Source: Terriglobia bacterium (GTDB taxonomy: Bacteria > Acidobacteriota > Terriglobia > Bryobacterales > Bryobacteraceae). From it: DNA of 64,000 nt. The stretch covers positions 91,547 to 155,546 of the forward strand of contig JAIQFK010000011.1 of the NCBI GenBank assembly GCA_020073305.1, read 5' to 3'. A program made the translations under genes and the position numbers. The first letter of the stretch is position 1. Each line of letters begins with the position of its first letter. The notes beneath the pieces are model-generated. The model did no database searches and had not been told where the DNA came from. It saw nothing but the letters and a program-made list of their open reading frames with translations. Of the stretch, positions 62,601 through 64,000 are shown in pieces.

Positions 62601-63811
62601 CAATCGGTGGAGATGGCCGTAAACTGGCCGCCCGCATGACACTGCGCGCAGGCGGCCGTTGCATGCGCTCCTGTCAGCGGGAACTTCGTGATGCTGTGAT
62701 CGAACTTCGCGCCCTGCCAGTTTGCCGTGGTATGGCACGTATCACACTGCGTGGGTAGATTCAGGCTGCGGTGATTGGGATTGGTGGTCTTGGCAAAGTC
62801 CGGCAGGTGACAGCCGGCGCAATCCGTGGGAGTTCCGGCGAATCGTCCGTTGACGTGACACGCTGAGCACAGCACACTGATGTGCGCCCCGGTAAGGCGG
62901 AACTTGGTCGTGTTGTGGTCGAAGGTCGCGCCCTGCCAGGTGGAGGTGTTGTGACAGCCGCTGCAATCGTGTGGGAAGCCTGCGGTCACGTGATTCGGGT
63001 TTTTCGTGGCGGCAAAAGTTTGCGCGTGACAGCCGTAGCACTCCGTAGGCGTACCCTGGAACCGGTTTCCTGCATGACAAGACGTGCACGCCAATTGAGC
63101 GTGCGCGCCCGTGAGGCTGAACCGCGTGAACTGTGTGTGATCGAACTTCGCTCCCTGCCATTGGTCCATGGTGTGGCAGGTCAGGCAATTGACCGGCAGG
63201 TTTGCCGCGACGTGATCGAGTGGGCGCGCCTGTTGGAAGTTACGCTGGTGGCAACTGATGCAATCGGTGCTCAGTCCGACGTAGACCCCTGTTGCGGCTC
63301 CAGGGTGGCACGAATCGCACTCTACCGTGGCATGCGCGCCTAAGAGTGGGAAGCGATTCAGGTGGCTACGAATCGCATTCACATTCGCGCGCCAGCCATT
63401 GACCGTGTGGCAATCCTGGCAGCGGGCGCCGAGCTGACGCCGATGGATGTCAGCGTGGCAATCAGCGCATTGATGACCAACGTTAGTAAAAACTTTTCTC
63501 AGATGGCAGGAATTACACGCGACATTTTGATGCAAGCCACGCAATGGGTACTTAGTTTCCCGATTGTGGTCAAATTCGACAGTCTTCCGGATGGGCGCCC
63601 AACTCGTCGTGGTGTGGCAGTTCTCGCAAGCGATAGCCAGCGGCCCATGCGGGTTCTGCATGCGCGCCGCTTTGCTGGTCTGGGCAACCAGCACTCCGGA
63701 GCTTGCCAGCAGCGTTGCAAGCACTGCAAACAGGCGCCACGGCCCGCTCACCGGCCGTCTCCAGCCTCCGCCGATTTCTCTTGCTCTTCGCGCCCTCCTG
63801 TCTCGTAGCAA
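59627..63811 (-). CDS. giant multiheme cytochrome c (55 CXXCH motifs; 18 tandem c7-like triheme modules)
   Basis: 1394 aa with a Sec-type signal (WRLFAVLATLLASSGVLVAQ). I counted 55 CXXCH motifs, and the first Cys of each module recurs every 73-74 aa over most of the protein (the first two intervals are 69 and 78) (C62, 131, 209 ... 1234, 1307). The start is TTG 63811 or GTG 63751. Confidence 0.93.
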   Translation of the reverse strand: MLRDRRARRAREIGGGWRRPVSGPWRLFAVLATLLASSGVLVAQTSKAARMQNPHGPLAIACENCHTTTSWAPIRKTVEFDHNRETKYPLRGLHQNVACNSCHLRKVFTNVGHQCADCHADIHRRQLGARCQDCHTVNGWRANVNAIRSHLNRFPLLGAHATVECDSCHPGAATGVYVGLSTDCISCHQRNFQQARPLDHVAANLPVNCLTCHTMDQWQGAKFDHTQFTRFSLTGAHAQLACTSCHAGNRFQGTPTECYGCHAQTFAATKNPNHVTAGFPHDCSGCHNTSTWQGATFDHNTTKFRLTGAHISVLCSACHVNGRFAGTPTDCAGCHLPDFAKTTNPNHRSLNLPTQCDTCHTTANWQGAKFDHSITKFPLTGAHATAACAQCHAGGQFTAISTDCVSCHLTDFKKTTSPSHVTTGFPTTCADCHTTSSWAGAQFDHSKTIFPLNGAHTTLTCSQCHTSKSSGGSLPTDCVGCHMQDYKNTTQPNHVAMGQPTTCQWCHTTAQWSAVTFNHTTTGFALTGFHATIACTQCHVNNNYKLTAATCIGCHQKDFASTNNPPHAAAAFPTTCEVCHNTASWANAVFNHSTATKFPLTGAHVSLACSQCHVGGKFAGTPTDCAGCHLTDFNKTTNPSHVAAGFPTLCSACHTTASWAGAQFDHSKTAFPLTGAHQTTACNQCHVGGNFSSLSTACASCHLKDFQGTTNPNHVSAGFPTDCSVCHTTTNWLGATFNHTTTGFALTGAHVNLQCAQCHTNNNFNLTSAACINCHLTDYNGTNNPPHKSAGFPQDCTLCHTTTNWLGATFNHATTGFALTGAHVNLQCAQCHVNNNYSLTSGACINCHLTDYNGTNNPPHKSAGFPQDCTLCHTTTNWTGATFNHTTTGFALTGAHVNLQCAQCHTNNNYSLTSGACINCHLTDYNGATNPPHKAGGFPTTCDSCHTTTNWLGATFNHATTGFALTGAHVNLQCAQCHVNNNYSLTSGACINCHLTDYNGTNNPPHKSAGFPQDCTLCHTTTNWTSATFNHTTTGFALTGAHVNLQCAQCHTNNNFSLTSGACINCHLTDYNGTNNPPHKSAGFPQDCTLCHTTTNWLGATFNHATTGFALTGAHVNLQCAQCHVNNNYSLTSGACINCHLTDYNGTTNPPHQSAGFPQDCTLCHTTTNWLGATFNHATTGFALTGAHVNLQCAQCHTNNNYSLNSGACINCHQTDYNGTTNPAHAAAGFPTTCDTCHSTTSWAGATFDHSKTGFALTGVHSTTPCASCHVGGNYNLSSTACYGCHQKEYQTTTNPNHVAAGFPTTCDTCHTTTSWSGATFNHTQFPIYSGAHNQGVWTTCGDCHTNASDYSVFSCINCHTHDKSTTDGHHKDVKGYVYNSLNCYSCHPRGRAD
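60100..61650. repeat. seven near-identical tandem 219-bp (73-codon) repeats inside the cytochrome gene
   Basis: For example, TGATGCAGGCGCCGCT recurs at 60181 and 60400, exactly 219 bp apart. The protein modules starting at C723, 796, 869, 942, 1015, 1088 and 1161 are more than 90% identical by eye. Confidence 0.9.
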
Positions 63812-64000
63812 GGTCTCTTGTCTCTCAGGGGTCCAAGATGAATCGTTGCCAGCAGAGCGGCCACGTCCGGCGCGCCCTGCAAGCGGTACTCACAACTCGT
63901 TAAGTTGTTTCGCCAAGCACGCGCGGGACCAGAACCCTGATTGCATGCTTTCGAAGACTCCGTGAAGGCGCCTCACAGATTTGCGTGACAGGCAGCGCAG

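Noticed and set aside
53693-63811. Calling the whole cytochrome operon a tRNA-Val-integrated genomic island.
   Set aside because: The integrase scar lies on the 5' side of the tRNA rather than the usual 3' side. I found no att-like direct repeat by eye, and the operon's GC content looks similar to the rest of the window. It is kept only as a low-interest hypothesis in the findings.
63812-64000. Search for a sigma-54 (TGGCAC-N5-TTGC) or other defined promoter upstream of the cytochrome operon, prompted by the NtrX-type activator in the window.
   Set aside because: Only a poor match (TGGCAA-cgatt-CATC) is present on the minus strand, and nothing meets the -24/-12 consensus. The upstream region is also truncated by the window edge.

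Overview
This is a 64 kb, high-GC (about 60%), gene-dense chromosomal segment. The gene content suggests an Acidobacteriota (Terriglobia-like) genome: many TPR and secreted proteins, an ECF sigma factor paired with a Ser/Thr kinase, a relic of an ADOP/FtsX-type permease, and MacB/HlyD/TolC efflux genes. That placement is inference only; no database search was possible.

Recognisable housekeeping genes are miaA, fabH, ubiX-pheA (4-nt overlap), lon, glgP-type alpha-glucan phosphorylase, ntrY/ntrX-like, a SpoU/TrmH methyltransferase and one tRNA-Val(UAC). Signalling genes include a REC-GGDEF regulator, an FHA-cyclase, two ECF sigma factors, a 1036-aa membrane Ser/Thr kinase, a hybrid histidine kinase and a CadC-like/TPR regulator.

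The standout region is 54.3-63.8 kb on the minus strand. It is a tightly overlapping six-gene operon led by a 1394-aa cytochrome c with 55 CXXCH motifs arranged as 18 tandem ~73-aa triheme modules; seven of these modules form a near-identical 219-bp DNA repeat array. The following genes encode:
- a 556-aa outer-membrane beta-barrel, translationally coupled to the cytochrome
- a secreted protein
- a 6-TM protein with two H-x13-H pairs
- a membrane-anchored 2x[4Fe-4S]/FAD-NAD(P) oxidoreductase
- a membrane-anchored NrfG/CcmI-like TPR protein

I interpret this operon as a candidate, apparently undescribed, trans-envelope electron-transfer conduit.

Other points worth a second look:
- an unlisted 59-aa GatC/AtzG-like ORF coupled to an amidase
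- a ubiX gene whose conserved N-terminus lies upstream of any canonical start codon
- three tandem HlyD adaptors with an ATPase-less MacB-type permease and a TolC
- decayed mobile or toxin remnants (an integrase N-terminus next to the tRNA, half of a VapC PIN domain, an FtsX relic)
- a lower-GC islet carrying an XRE/S24-like regulator

I saw no CRISPR array, rRNA or intact IS/transposase. All functional calls rest on motif recognition by eye and were not checked by search.
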